Shown: in pieces, positions 49,687-61,843 of the stretch
How positions within the stretch are numbered: position 1 is the stretch's first letter
Layout of the letters: the number at the start of each line of letters is the position of its first letter
Assembly: GCA_036867785.1 (NCBI GenBank)
Contig: CP145415.1
Span: 1,116,001-1,180,000, forward strand
Direction: 5' to 3'
DNA length: 64,000 bases
From: Plasmodiophora brassicae
Lineage: Eukaryota
Notes under the pieces: generated by a model
The model's input: only the letters and a program-made list of their open reading frames with translations
The model's database searches: none
What the model was told of the DNA's origin: nothing
Translations under genes and position numbers: made by a program

Positions 49687-51107
49687 ACGGTTGTCCGATG
49701 TGTCAGGCTGCCCAGCCAAACGAATGAATGAATTCTTGTCCGCCGCACGGTACTCAACGCTTGAGGGCCGTCTCCGGCGGTCCAAGTGTAACGGCCACGT
49801 CATTGTCCACCACGAGTCAACGGATCCCTGAGAAGCCAGAGGGGTCGGATCGAGAATGCTAATCAGTGAACGTCCCGTCCTACCTGTTCGCCGACAGCCC
49901 CCACTCTTGTGGCCATAGTGGAACGCAGCTTAGCCACGGCTCACACGACAATGGATGAATGCGCGGTCGACCAATCTTCACGTGTTGTTGTGTCGAAATG
50001 CCAGTCCACGTCATTATCGTCTTTCCCTTTAAAACAGCGCTCGGTTCAACGCCCAGGTCATCGCGATCTGCATGGCCATGAATCGAAACATGCCATATTT
50101 CCACAGACCGGCCTGTGGGGCACTCGATCACATAACGCACAGTTGAAACAGACTGACATGATTGCACAGGGAAATCCCCTAGAGCGAGCGCTGTTCGTCG
50201 CAGTGTCCCGCGTTACGGGATCACCGCTGTACTTAGACAGATCTTGAGCGACACCTTTGTACAGACAGAGATACGGCCTACACTGGACAACGTCGCCAGC
50301 GATGCTGCCCTGAAGCTGATTGTCACCTGATAGTGGTAGTCGCCTTCCTTGTCTGTTGACCATTACCGGCACCACTTTCTCATTAGGTATGTGGGCGCGA
50401 CTTCCGGATCTCTTTGCTGACTGGACGATTGGAAGCACTGTTCCGACGTGTTCGTAGGTGGAGTAGTAGTAATGGGCAAGCTTGGTTTCCCGTTCAAAGT
50501 CGGCGTTCTAACAAAGGATATGTGACGTGATTGGCACGCAAAGTCCTCTGCTTTCCGCCCGATGTGACACTGGCGTTACCGTCAGTCACCCACAACACCG
50601 CCCCACACGTTGCATCTCTCTGACCCGCACCTCGTTACAATCCGCAGGCCTGTTCGCCAACGCCGAGCGCGCTCCTGCGGCTACCGGCAACAGCAGCCGC
50701 ATTGCCAGACCTGGTCAGGTCAGAAACCGCCATGTTTTAGTACGGGACGGAGGACGGCCAGTAATCGGCATCCCAAGCGCGTCGCCCTAAGATCGCCAGA
50801 TATCAGGCCAGCGTCTGCCGAGTCCGATCTGCAAACCCATCCTGAGAAGGTGTCGTGTGGACGGGGAGGGGCTGCGCGCGCGCTGCGTCACCGCGCCACG
50901 GGGTCACGCGGATTGACACGTCCGACCCGCAGGGCTATGACCGCTCGGCCTTCCGGCGTTATGTGGCGTCGAGTATAATCTGGAAAATACGGGGGCCGGT
51001 CGTTCGCGACTTGTGGCTGAAACCGCTTCTGCATTCCAGATCGGTGGCGATTGGCACGCGCTGTCATTTGTGCAAACCAGTCTGTTGCTATAGAGAGGAC
51101 GGTCCGC

Positions 51108-54100
51108 ATGAGCCAGTCGCCGTCCGATGCAGAGCATGCCAGCGACGACGAGCAGCACCGTTTGGTGCTGAAACGACAATCCGAGTCGTACAGCAAGCAG
51201 CACGCCGATGCGGCCGAACACGACCCCGAGGAGGTCGTCATCTACAGGCTGGGCGGTCCAGAGCGCGCCGACAGCTCGACGCATGTCAGCCGTCGCGATG
51301 TCGAGGTCCAGCTGAGGCGGTTCTCGACGAACCCGATCAACGTCACCGAGCTCAACGAGCACCAGCCGCACATCTCTCGTCAGCCCTCCATGTCGATGGG
51401 GCACAGCAAAGGTTTGACCACGGCGGCTGCTGAAGACCTCCTCAAGGAATACGGCCTGAACCAGCTGACTGAGGTTCGCAAATCGCGCTGGCGCCTGCTT
51501 CTGGAGCAGTTCATCGGGCCGATGCCGATTGGCATCTGGGTCGCCATCGCCATCGAGTGCATCCTCACCAACTGGGTCGACGTGGGCGTCCTGCTCGCCC
51601 TGCAGTTCATCAACGGCTTTGTCGGGTTCTACGAATCCAACAAGGCCGACAACGCCATTGCGGCGCTGAAGGTTCGCTGGCGCACCGCTGCGCGTTGTCC
51701 TGCGGGCCACTGACGCAGTCGATGGTGCAGAAAAGCCTGCGACCGACGGCGCATGTGAAACGCGATGGCAAATGGCAGACGATCAACGCGACGTTGCTGG
51801 TGCCCGGCGACCTGGTCGCGTTGTCGGCCGGGTCGGCGGTGCCGGCCGATTGCGAGATCAACACGGGGACAGTCAACATCGACCAGTCGGCGATGACGGG
51901 CGAGTCGATGCCAGTACGGATGAGCCCAGGCCACGAGGCCAAGATGGGGTCGACGGTCGCCCGTGGTGAATCGGAAGCGACGGTGACGGCGACGGGCATG
52001 AACACGATGTACGGGAAGACGGCTGCCCTGCTCCAGGTCGACGACAACAGCCTGGGCGATCTTGACAAGATCCTTCTGCGCATTGTCGTCAATCTGCTCA
52101 TCATCTCGATCGTGCTCGTCGTTATCACGCTGACCTATATCCTGGTCGTCGGTGGAGCCGGCTCCTTTGCTGAGGTCAAGGAGGCGATTTCGTTCAACGT
52201 CGTCCTGCTGGTCGCTTCGATCCCGATTGCCATCGAAGTCGTCGTCACGGCGACGCTGGCGCTGGGATCCCGTGAATTGACCGCCCATCACGCCATCGTC
52301 GCCAAACTGACCGCCATCGAGCGCCTGGCCGGCATGCGCGTCCTCTGCTCTGACAAGACGGGCACGCTAACGATGAACAAGATGCAGGTCCAGGACGAGT
52401 GCCCGACGTTCATCAAGGGCACCACCAGGGATGATGTCATCCTGTATGCGGCACTGGCCACCAAGTGGAAGGAACCCGCCAAGGACGCCCTGGACACGAT
52501 GATCCTCAGCATCGCCGACATTCCGCGTTGCAACACGTACACCCAGATCGAGTACATTCCGTTCGACACCGACCGGAAGCGAACCGAGTCGACCGTCCGT
52601 TCGAAACAGGGCGATCAATTCACGGTCGTCAAGGGCGCTCCTGACGTTCTCGTTGGTCTGTGCCACAACAAGGACGACATCAGGAAGGCGGTGGAGCTGG
52701 CCGTCGTGGATCTGGCGGCGCGCGGCATTCGATCACTGGCCGTGGCGAAGACGAACGAGAAGGGCCAGATGGAGATGGTTGCCATCTTGTCGTTCCTGGA
52801 TCCGGCCCGTCCCGACGCCAAGGAGACGATTGAACGCGCGAGGCAGTATGGCATCACGGTGAAGATGATCACGGGCGACCACCAGCTGGTCGCCCAGGAG
52901 ATGGCCAGGACGCTTGCGCTCGGCAACGGTCGCGTTGTGTCGTGCAGTTCCGGTATCATCCCCGAGATCGACCTGAGAAAGACGAAGGGGCAGTTGCCAA
53001 AGACTCTCGGCGCCGATCTAGGCGACATGATCATGGTAGGCTTACCGCGGATGTGTTCGAAGCGCTACATGCCTACAATGACTGCTGGCAGAACACGGAC
53101 GGGTTCTCGCAGGCGCTACCCGAGCACAAGTTCATCCTCGTTGAGGCGTTGAAGCAGCGCGACATTATCACGGGTATGACGGGCGACGGTGTCAATGACG
53201 CCCCGGCTCTGAAGCAGGCCCACGTTGGCGTTGTTCGTAACTGCTGTGCTCGGCACGAGATGCGCCATTTGCTGAGTTTGCTTAGGCTGTGGATGGCGCC
53301 ACCGATGCCGCTCGTGCCGCTGCCGACATTGTCCTCACCAAACCTGGCCTGAACGCCATTGTCGAGGCCATCCTGATTTCGCGTCGTATCTTTGCCCGCA
53401 TGAACTCGTTTCTGGTAATTTTACCGCTGTCCATTAACGCAAGCGATGGTTTGCTGAACGTATGACGCGTCCGCTTCAGATCTACCGTGTGGCAGCGACG
53501 CTACAACTGATCCTGTTCTTCTTCATTGGGATCCTGTCGATGCACCCAAACGAGCTCGGCCCGCCCACCTTCCCCCAGTTCTGGACCATGCCCGTCATTG
53601 CCCTGATCACGATCACGGTCCTGAACGACGGCACCATCATTTCGGTGGCGTACGACTCGGTGCACACGAGTAAGCGCCCGCAGCTGTGGAACATCCCGCG
53701 CCTGTGGGGCATGGCTGCGACGCTGGGCCTGGTCGCCTGTGCGTCCTCGCTGCTCATGCTCTGGCTGGCGCTGAGCTCAGCGGAGCACACGGGCAATGGC
53801 CTCTTCAGGGCGTTCGGGCTGGACGCGCTCACCTTCGAGCAGGTCATTGTCGTCATGTACTGTACGTTCACGTGGTGGTGCTTGGAGGATTGGCCGGTTG
53901 GGTGACGCTGATGCAGTGAAAGTATCGCTGAGCGATTTCATGACATTGTTCACGGCGCGGACGGGGGCTCGCACCTTCGTGTCACATCGCCCGGGTCTGT
54001 TCCTGCTGGTCGCCGGATGCATCGCCCTGGGCATCTCGACACTGTTCTCATTGTACTGGCCGTTCGGCAACGGAGGTGCCCCCATTCCCGGCCACTGGTG

Positions 54101-54314
54101 CGGGTTCATCTGGCTCTACTGCGTCGTCTGGTTCCTCATCCAGGACCGTACGTATCCGGATGCACGGCCCGCTTGCCAGTGACTGACGTTGGGGCTCGCG
54201 TCTCTAGTGCTTAAGGTCATCCTCTTCAAGATTGTTGACAGGAATTCCACAGCAATGGACAACGAAACTGCCGAGACCGAGCACATGATGACCGAGGTTG
54301 TCGCCGCTCTGTAA
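51108..54314 (+). CDS. PMA1: Plasma-membrane H+-ATPase (P3A P-type ATPase)
   Basis: [59 protein letters not shown]. Confidence 0.93.
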
Positions 54315-54466
54315 GCCCAAACGCAAGACGCTGAAATAAAGGCACGTTATGAAATGCGAACAAAAGGCCCACCGTTCATACCCAAGTGGTAGCACGATTG
54401 ACGTGCCGTAGAAGCGCCCGGCTATCCGCCAATCCCAGGTTTGTAGGATGCTGATGAGCAAAGGTT

Positions 54467-55832
54467 TTACTGGCGTGATCGCAAACGATAAATTCCTTTC
54501 ATGGTGAACACAATGAGATCGCACGTCTTATCGTCGGGATGCGGCAGCAGTATCCTGTAGACAGGATCGGCAACACGAATTCTTGTCGTCAGTGCAATGT
54601 CGGGCATGCGATGGTCGGACGCTGGTGCGACGTTGTAGACGAGGATTTCCTGCAGGTACGACCCGACCAGAACACGACGCGACGGCGAATCGACGGCGAC
54701 CGATGTCAGGCAGTCTGACGTGTTCGACGCGGGCAGCACGACTAAACTGTCAGCCTGGTTGCCCCGAGGTTAGCGGCACAGCGGCGCAGATCCGCGTCGA
54801 TAATCGACATCTCGACCTGCAGACCCTCCTGGACGACGGCGTGGTGGTAGTGCACGAATCCAATTGCGCCAACGACAACGACGGAAAGGATGCCGTCCAG
54901 CTCAACGAGGCGCAGATCGGGTATCGGCCCATCAGCACAGTATGCCCATGGCGTATGGGGACCCGGTCCAGGGCCCGCACCACTGACGATCACAGTGCCG
55001 TCCTGGTAACCAGCGGCAACAGCAAAGGAACCCTGTGTAAGGGGGGTCACTGCACGTGGCCCGACAGCAATACGCCGTTCGGTGCCTACATCAGGCCGTC
55101 GGACGACGTCCATCGACATGATCGACGCCTGCTGGTTCTGAAACACGGACGGGAACGCGCTGCGATCAGCTGCGTCATCGACAATGTCGTCACGTCTGGC
55201 ATCGAACACGTGCAACTTGCGATCCGACCCAGCGACAACCAGTCGAGGATGCCCAGTCCCACCTGGGCGGCACTAATCATTCGACACATCAGACATCGTC
55301 GCGAACAGGTCGCCCTAACCGAATAGCTCGCTCGGCAGGTGCCCCACGAAGAACGGAACGCAGGACATCGTTTTCGTCAGCACAGCTGCATCGGCACCGA
55401 TCTGTAGAATCACGGTCAGCAGCGGGAGGACAATGGCACGTGACGTGAGCAGCGAGCATCTGAACCCGGACGACATGGATGCGGCTGTTAACGGTGGCGT
55501 CTTCGACGGTCCCGCAGCAGGTGACGGCCGCGAGCATGGGACACCCGTCCGCGTCATCCCATGCGTGGACGGCGATCAGATCATGGTCGCTGGCGTCCAG
55601 CACGGCATCGAACACGTCGACCGACGTCAGCAGGTCGTCGTCCGTACCAGGGGCGAACGCGAACAGCGTCCCCGATGCTGTGTGGGATTGACCTTGTCAA
55701 GCGACCCGACGTGTACGCCCGGGGCCCCTCACCTGGGCTGGCAATGACAGGTCCGAACGCCGACGACATCGTCGACGTGTAGATGGTGGAGAAGTGCCCG
55801 CGATCGAGGCGCCCGCATCGCGCCACCTCCAT
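54467..55832 (-). CDS. KPTN: Kaptin-like beta-propeller (KICSTOR subunit-like); start approximate
   Basis: Ordered motifs AAGYQDG.V, DGPI, EGL...LPASNTSDCL, VLVGSYLQEILVY and DLIVFTMKGIYRL parallel recalled kaptin motifs (GCQSG, DGPI, GL..LPGSDQFDSV, VLVATYGQELLCY, ELAVVSLKGVHIL). Confidence 0.65.
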
Positions 55833-55977
55833 TGCAGCGGGTGCGGCGGTGCGGGTCGCACTCGCACCGGCAGCAGCCACGGCAGTGCGCCGCACGGCCA
55901 CGCCGTCCGCCTGTGCGATGCGGTGCGGCCGGCCGTGCCCTGCGCGCTGCCCGATCCCGTATCTTCCACGTTCCGGC

Positions 55978-56223
55978 TTATGCGCGTGTGCCGAACGCAT
56001 GCGATGCACACGCATGACGACGACGAGCGAAGATGTGAACGAGACGATCGCGAGAGCGGCGTGGCCCAACGGGAAGAGTTCGACGCCCTCCCTGCTCTCG
56101 TCGGAGAACCTCGTCGAAATCTTCCTCATTGGCCCGCAGCGAATCCGCCACCGCCTTCGCGATCGTCTCGTTCACCTTTTCGCTCATGGTCGGCTCGTCC
56201 AGTTCGTGTCGCTTCTTCGGCAT
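55978..56223 (-). CDS. Short hypothetical ORF
   Basis: MPKKRHELDEPTMSEKVNETIAKAVADSLRANEEDFDEVLRRE looks helical and coding, with a gccATG context; the 3' end is unclear. Confidence 0.3.
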   Translation of the reverse strand: MPKKRHELDEPTMSEKVNETIAKAVADSLRANEEDFDEVLRREQGGRRTLPVGPRRSRDRLVHIFARRRHACASHAFGTRA

Positions 56224-56455
56224 GGCAGCCGGTCAGCGCATCTTGGGGGGCCTAGACAACCTGCCTCCGGTCCTGCATCTTGGCGTTCCCCGATTTGCCA
56301 GCACCGACAACGCGGACGCCAGTCCTTTCGAAATACAAAGTCGGGTCGCACAGTGCAATGAATGCAGAGTTGACGACATGCAGGCCGCGCCTGTACAATG
56401 GAAATCGAGAAGACCAAATGCAGACCGCCGGCGACGTTCAGCATGGTTCGGGCAT

Positions 56456-56456
56456 C

Positions 56457-56490
<34 letters not shown>

Positions 56491-56497
56491 CCTCTCT
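56456..56497. repeat. Imperfect (CT)n microsatellite
   Basis: ctctctctctccctctctctctctctctctctctccctctct. Confidence 0.9.
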
Positions 56498-56848
56498 GCC
56501 ACGGGTACACACCATGCTTCGTTGCCCGTTCGAGCCTGGAACATGCCGCGCATTGACCCGTTCCGTGCCTCGTTGCCCCCATTTGACGCACTTCAACCTG
56601 ACGCCACGGGTATGCCACGCCTACGTGCGCCTCCCCGACTTTACGTCCGGTGCCCCGGTCCCTGGCAACCTTGTCGACGACTACCTCGCCCGGCGCTTGC
56701 CGCCCTGCCCTGCCCTGCCCTGCTTGGCTTGAGGGACGCGCTACTGCCTGCGCTTGGCTACTTACACTTGCATGTTCTGACGAATGTCTCTGACTTTGTT
56801 GTCACTGCTTTAGCCAGAATGCATCGTGTCCGTCCCATCGGGTACACG

Positions 56849-57602
56849 TCAGACCAGGTGGCGGTACAGGCCACCGCGCGGCGAACGGCTCCGTGAAGGC
56901 GAGCGACGACGGGGCGACGCCGAACGACGACGCGGCGACGGCGACACATCACGACGACGGGGCGAAGGCGAACGACGACGCGGCGACACATCACGACGAC
57001 GAGGCGAACGGCGTGGCGACGGCGAACGACGACGGGGCGACGGCGTGCGATGACGACGACGCGGCGGCGAAGGCGATCGCCGACGCGGAGGAGAGCGCGA
57101 CTGGCGACGACGGGGCGGCGAACGCGACGCCCGGCGGCGACGATGCGGCGATCGCGATCGAGAACGCGAACGACGACGCGGGGACGTCTGGCGCCGTTCA
57201 CGATCGCGCATCATCTGACTCGTTTTACGTTCGCCGCGGGCGTATTCGACGAACAGGTCGCGGCCGTTCAGGCTGTACCCGTTCAGGGCGTCGATGGCGG
57301 CATCGGCCTCCGTCTTGGACGTGAACTCGAGGTAGGCGAACCCGCGGGGCTGCTTCGAGTAGTAGTCCCTCGGGATGTACACGTCGCGGATCGACCCGTG
57401 CTTGCCGAACAGGTCGCGAAGCTCCTCGGACCTGGCGGCGGCAGAGTCAGCGACGACGACGGCGCGCGGACCTCCCCACAACGAACGCTTACGTCGTGCT
57501 CAGGTCCAGGTTGCGGACATGCAGCGAGTACTGCTCCTTGCGGCGCGGGCGCCCCGGCGACCGCGACCGCCCCCGCACCTCCCGATCGCTGGCGTACCCC
57601 AT
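56849..57602 (-). CDS. SR splicing factor, SC35-like/SRSF10-type (RRM + RS domain)
   Basis: SLHVRNL|..EELRDLF..G.IRDVYIPRDYYSKQPRGFAYLEF..VEYARGERKT..MR followed by RS/SP repeats. Confidence 0.9.
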
Positions 57603-57855
57603 CGCGACGGCGTGATGCGGATTGGCGGCCTTCTCCGTCGCGCAAGTCCGCCACGGACATTCCCCGGCCGGGGTACGTCTCCTGCTGCGCCAGGCGCCAG
57701 CGGGTACCTATTCTACGTTTACGTACATAGGCACGAGTTGCGCACCTGGTACGTAGGCGTTGCCCGGTGGGGGTGCCCCGTGTGCGTGCGGGATGTGCAC
57801 AGGATCGCCGATGGGCGGACGCGGAAATATCTGGCCTGGGACAGCGCGCTGCTCG

Positions 57856-58647
57856 ATGGCGGCGCCGGCGCTGGTACGCCACCTGCGGATCCTGGGCGAC
57901 GTCCTGGCCAACTGGGCGGACCCGTTCCCGGAGCGGACCATGGCGGTCGTGTGCCCCGTCGTCACGCAGCGCCTGCCGCCGGACATCGTCTCGCATATCG
58001 CGTCGTTCCTGCGCCTGCCCGACAACGTCAAAGGGGGCATCGTCGTCATGGCCGTCACGGTCGCATCGCGGGACCCGTCCAGAGCGGTGTCGATTTTGTC
58101 GCCGTTCACGAACCGCTTCCTGGTCAACGCCAGGTCGCCGTCGGCGCCGCCGGACGTCGCCGTCGACCTGGCGCGGTCGCTGCTCGCTGAACTCAACTTC
58201 GGGTCCATCGGCGATTTCCAGGCGGACGTTCGCCAGCAACGGCGCCGGTGCCGCCGCCTGCGCTGCCTGGATCCGGTGTACTCGTTAGGGGACGCGTCGC
58301 CCTGCTGCTTCCACACGGGGCTGTCGGTGTGCGATCACGACCAGCACGCCGCCTCGCTGGAGCGACCCGCATGGATCGGCGGGCATCGGCGCCGGCTGTC
58401 GGTGGCACCGTTCGCTTGCTGCTCCAGGGGCGACTCTGCACCCGGGTGCCGCGTCGGGTACCACCTGTCGGCCCTGGAGGATGCCATCCTGTTCGGGTCG
58501 GTTGTTCTTCGCGAACCCGACGGCAGGGAGCACTGGCGCCAGCCGCTGGGCCGCCCAGCGGTCCAGTTGGCGCTCGAGTTCCTGCTCGACGCGCCGCACC
58601 GGGTCGACATGGACGACTTCGAATGGGGCCGCCCTCGCGCTGTTTAG
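57856..58647 (+). CDS. Hypothetical protein with an F-box-like motif
   Basis: RLPPDIVSHIASFL; intronless; Cys/His-rich middle region. Confidence 0.55.
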   Translation: MAAPALVRHLRILGDVLANWADPFPERTMAVVCPVVTQRLPPDIVSHIASFLRLPDNVKGGIVVMAVTVASRDPSRAVSILSPFTNRFLVNARSPSAPPDVAVDLARSLLAELNFGSIGDFQADVRQQRRRCRRLRCLDPVYSLGDASPCCFHTGLSVCDHDQHAASLERPAWIGGHRRRLSVAPFACCSRGDSAPGCRVGYHLSALEDAILFGSVVLREPDGREHWRQPLGRPAVQLALEFLLDAPHRVDMDDFEWGRPRAV

Positions 58648-59393
58648 TGCCGGTTGAACCAGATCATGATGGCTGATTTGGCGCGCGCCTCGTCGCTGAC
58701 GGCGCGATTCAGGACGGGGTCGCTGGCCGGGCACCGGCGCAGGGCGTCCTCGATGAGTTGCCGACCGCGGCGCGGGTCGGCCGGCACGCCCAGCCCCGCC
58801 TCGAACATGACGCCCAGGTTGTGCATGGCGAGTTCGCTGCCGAGCCTGGACGCCGCGTCGAACCCCTGCACGGCCTTGCCCTCGTTCCGGAACGTGCCCC
58901 GGCCGAGCAGATGGCAGGCTGCCACACTGTCCCCGCCGCACCCCGGTCAGTCAGCGCATTCGTTTCAACGTCGGCGACCGACGCCGTTTCCGTTCGCCTA
59001 CTTCGACATGGCCATGGCGTGCCCATGGCGGGCGGCGTTATCCCACAGGGCGAACGCCTGCTCGTAGTCGCCGTCGGCGTACATGCGGACGCCTTCCTCG
59101 AAGTCGTCGTGGGCGCCGTTCTCGTCGAGCGCGGCCTGCAGGAGCGCGTCGCCCAGGTACACGTCGACCAGCTTCTGCGTGTCGACCAGCGATACGTCCC
59201 GGTACTGCCGCCGGCGCCGCTCCTGCTTCAGCAGCACCTGCGAAGGCAGCCGCGTGGGTGTCGTCGCGAACGACCGCGGTAGGGCGCGGGCGCGGGCACG
59301 GCACGGGCAGCACGCGGGTGCGTGGTGCGCCGCCGCCGGTGCGGTCGGCAACGCACTTGCGGCCCCGGGTGCCGCCGCCCCCAGCATCGGCAT
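58644..59393 (-). CDS. Sel1-like repeat protein; start uncertain
   Basis: DYEQAFALW..AA..GH..AM|..GRG...N..KA...F..A..LGS..AMHNLGVMFEAGLGV..D. Confidence 0.75.
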
Positions 59394-59590
59394 CACGCGA
59401 CACGGATCCAGCGCTGCCTGCGTTGAACGGCGCCGCCGCCGCCGCCGCCGCCTTCTGCTAGATCGTGCCACAGAGGTACCGACCCACACACGGCTATGCT
59501 ATATCCGATCCTGGTTGCTGTCTGACGCACCCGGTCACACGTGGGAACAAATCTGCCGGCGTCACAGCGTCCTGCATACATATGGGATCC

Positions 59591-61843
59591 CTAGAGCGTT
59601 ATAGTGAGGGCGAGCGTGACGATCGTGGCTAACGGTACGATCCACAGATGACGTATGGGCGAGGATGCGGACGGCGCGGCATCGTCGGTCAGGGTTCGCG
59701 GAGGGGGGCTGTCCGCCGCCGGCAACGGTGTCAGCCGGTTCGTGATGGATTTCGTCAGGGCGTAGGCGCCGACTGCGGCAGCCGATACGACGGTCGCCTT
59801 GACCAGCGCGTCTTTCCGTTGGCGGTGCAGCGTGTCGGCTGCCGCACGAGCCAGCTTCCCGTGGTAGCGATTGCTGACGACGCGCAGGAACCAGAGGCCC
59901 GTCGTGGTCAGGGCCCCGGTGGCCAACACCGAAGGCCCCATCTTGGTCAGCCCGGCCACCAATGTGGACGCGCTCTCGACCACCACGTCCGAGTACGTCC
60001 GCCCGAACGTGTCGCTGATCGCGTCGCGGGCAGTGTTCAAGCCCTCGGAGACATCTCGGGCAGTGCCCGCCAGTTCCCGCCTGCCTTCCCGTACGATAGC
60101 GTCTCCCACGCCGTGCAACGCCTGGGAGACATTGCGCCCCGCTTTCGACAGGACGGTGGCGAATCGTCGATGGACGGCAACGATGATACGGGACGCAATC
60201 TCATGCAGCGTGCGGTTCGGGTACGCCTCGTTCAGGAATTGATGCAGGACGCCGGCAGCTTCGGAACCGGTTTCCACGATGCCGTCAATCATGCCGACCA
60301 CGAAACAGACTGGAATGTACCCGAGGGCGAAGACAGCGACATGTTTGCCGGCTGCCTTCAGGCGGGAGGCGGCTGGCGATGCCGTCAGACGTGCCAGGGC
60401 CCGTTGGCCGATTGCCTTCACGCGGGAGACCACTGGGTGCGCCATCAAGCGTTCCGTGCGCGGGTTCGGCGGCCCATTGAGGAGGCCGTGCAAACGCGAC
60501 TGAGGGTCCAGGGCCATCAAGACGAGCCGGGCGCCGAAACGGGGCATGAGACGAAACAGTAGCCGTCCGCTCGTGTACGAGAACGCCGTTGCCCACAGAG
60601 AGCAAAACGCCACCAGTGACAGAGCGATCGGGTGGATGGGGAACGCGAGCCGCCAGCGACGTTCCACTGTACGAAGGGGAGGCCAATCTTTCGCCGGCGT
60701 GCTCGTCCCTGTCGGCGACAACGTCGCGATGGACAGTGCTGATGTGGGACCCGCAGGTACCGCGCTTGGCGCTTCCGAGGAAGGCGGTCTGGCGTCCACC
60801 GACAACGGCCTGGACGATGCGCCCGATCGAAGGGCCTTGCGACGTCCCGGTTCAGGAGCAAACGCGGCCGGGGTCGCTGCGCTGGCCGGCGACCCAGGTG
60901 CTTGTCCGGGTTCCATAACGCTTTGAATGTCTGCCGCCGCAGGTCCAGCAGGTGCCGTTTCCGATGCGTCCGATGAAGGCGACGTTGGCGCCTTGTCGGA
61001 AGGCTCTATTAAGATCGGCACGTCCTGTAAACCAGACCTGGTGGACTGCAAGATCTGGTCAGCGAATGAGCTGGAGTGGGTTGTAGAGCAAATGTCTTCT
61101 TCAGGGGGCGGTACATCGACCTGCGACCCCGGTACCGGACTGGGACCTGCTACCGTGGCCGAGTGAGCGCGGTCATCCATGGGCCATGCAATTGGTTCGA
61201 CCGACGGTGACGGTGACGATGCTGGATGAACCACCGCGGACGATGTCTCCACCAGGTCGTCGAACGACTCGGATTGCACCAAGGTTGTCGAGGCGGGAGG
61301 CCCCTCCAGCGTAGCGACATGTTCCTGCTGGGACCAGGCAGACTCGTGTAGCGCCAGTGGATGGGTAGCAGGACAGGTCTCTATCGCGGAAGGCAACGAC
61401 GGCACACCGTCAGCCAGAGTTCGGGAAGGAGCGCGACCCGTCGACGGCGGATGGGAGCCCGGCATTCCCATTGGAAAGCTGTTACCTGAATCAGACGGAT
61501 GCGCCTGGCAGGCGATCGTCACTGGTACGTCCAATGGGTCACCGGACGTATCGGCCACCATCGGTGAGTGTGTCGCGTCGCCGGGCGTGTCATCCCGCAT
61601 AACGTCACGACGCTGCGACGTGCCCAAGCGGGCGCCGTTAGTCGACGAGCAGGTTGGGTCGTCGACAGGACAGGTAGGCGCGCCGAGAGCGGGCAGGAAG
61701 AAGTGCGGACCTGGGCCGCGGTATAACGAGACAGGAGGCGCACGCGCAGACACGCCAGGATACGTAATACGCAGCACCATGAGCGCGTTCCACTGCAGCA
61801 GCAGAAGCAGCAACACCAGCAACGCCCTGACGACGGCGTTCAT
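59591..61843 (-). CDS. Large intronless membrane protein (~750 aa) with a Pro/Ser/Thr-rich region and several TM segments
   Basis: N-terminal hydrophobic segment, ~350 aa low-complexity region, ~4 internal hydrophobic helices, C-terminal hydrophobic tail. Confidence 0.7.
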   Translation of the reverse strand: MNAVVRALLVLLLLLLQWNALMVLRITYPGVSARAPPVSLYRGPGPHFFLPALGAPTCPVDDPTCSSTNGARLGTSQRRDVMRDDTPGDATHSPMVADTSGDPLDVPVTIACQAHPSDSGNSFPMGMPGSHPPSTGRAPSRTLADGVPSLPSAIETCPATHPLALHESAWSQQEHVATLEGPPASTTLVQSESFDDLVETSSAVVHPASSPSPSVEPIAWPMDDRAHSATVAGPSPVPGSQVDVPPPEEDICSTTHSSSFADQILQSTRSGLQDVPILIEPSDKAPTSPSSDASETAPAGPAAADIQSVMEPGQAPGSPASAATPAAFAPEPGRRKALRSGASSRPLSVDARPPSSEAPSAVPAGPTSALSIATLSPTGTSTPAKDWPPLRTVERRWRLAFPIHPIALSLVAFCSLWATAFSYTSGRLLFRLMPRFGARLVLMALDPQSRLHGLLNGPPNPRTERLMAHPVVSRVKAIGQRALARLTASPAASRLKAAGKHVAVFALGYIPVCFVVGMIDGIVETGSEAAGVLHQFLNEAYPNRTLHEIASRIIVAVHRRFATVLSKAGRNVSQALHGVGDAIVREGRRELAGTARDVSEGLNTARDAISDTFGRTYSDVVVESASTLVAGLTKMGPSVLATGALTTTGLWFLRVVSNRYHGKLARAAADTLHRQRKDALVKATVVSAAAVGAYALTKSITNRLTPLPAADSPPPRTLTDDAAPSASSPIRHLWIVPLATIVTLALTITL

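Noticed and set aside
56880-57190. Repetitive cgacgacg/ggcga array resembling a spaced repeat
   Set aside because: It encodes the RS/SP domain of the SR protein. There is no constant repeat with unique spacers, so it is not CRISPR-like.
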